DNA of 25,668 nucleotides from a candidate division WOR-3 bacterium RBG_13_43_14 (GTDB taxonomy: Bacteria > Hydrothermota > Tepidihabitantia > SM23-42): the NCBI GenBank assembly GCA_001771735.1, contig MEUM01000082.1, forward strand, positions 1-25,668, given 5' to 3'. Every line of letters begins with the position of its first letter. Within the stretch, counting starts at the first letter, position 1. The notes beneath the pieces were generated by a model. The model was given only the letters and a program-made list of their open reading frames with translations, was not told where the DNA came from and made no database searches. Shown one piece after another: positions 25,493 through 25,668 of the stretch. A program made the translations under genes and the position numbers.

Positions 25493-25668
25493 TTACAGAT
25501 CATTTTCCATGATGGTTAAACTAAGCGATAATTGTTTTCTGCGGGTCGTTGAACAATGAATGTTTTTGATTGATCTATCATCGGCGATCTTTTTTAATTC
25601 ACCTTTTAGTGTGATCTTCTCATTGAATTCAATTTCAATATTTTTCCAGAAATATCCTTTTTCCAAAC
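25493..25668 (-). CDS. 3' end of an unidentified protein (..YFWKNIEIEF..TTRRKQLSLSLTIMENDL)
   Basis: Open frame from the window edge to TAA 25495-25493; the stop overlaps the acsA SD. Confidence 0.65.
   Translation of the reverse strand, partial: LEKGYFWKNIEIEFNEKITLKGELKKIADDRSIKNIHCSTTRRKQLSLSLTIMENDL

Overview
A gene-dense window (mostly minus strand) from a diderm bacterium; the taxon cannot be determined from this window alone. Left arm, one apparent minus-strand operon under a perfect sigma70 consensus promoter: PKD/beta-propeller lipoprotein, TonB-dependent receptor, Fn3-like lipoprotein, ARPP-1/DUF6569-like protein, then an unusual Ser/Thr kinase fused to a compact UvrD/PcrA helicase. 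Divergent from it are metK and ahcY. The right arm, all minus strand, carries a partial unknown gene, AcsA-type ligase, acyl carrier protein, kbl, FAD oxidoreductase, tgt, pilMNOPQ, rsmD, coaD, obgE, a HEAT-repeat protein and dprA. The long intergenic gaps are filled with modular repeats: heptamer arrays, a double-hairpin family (3 copies), a 130-bp direct repeat (2 copies), a REPIN-like cloverleaf and a ~100-bp MITE-like element. Best candidates for undescribed systems: (1) the ARPP-1 + kinase-UvrD module, (2) the AcsA-ACP-Kbl cassette, (3) the nested intergenic repeat cassettes. No rRNA, tRNA or CRISPR array was recognised. Family assignments come from motif recognition only; no database searches were run.
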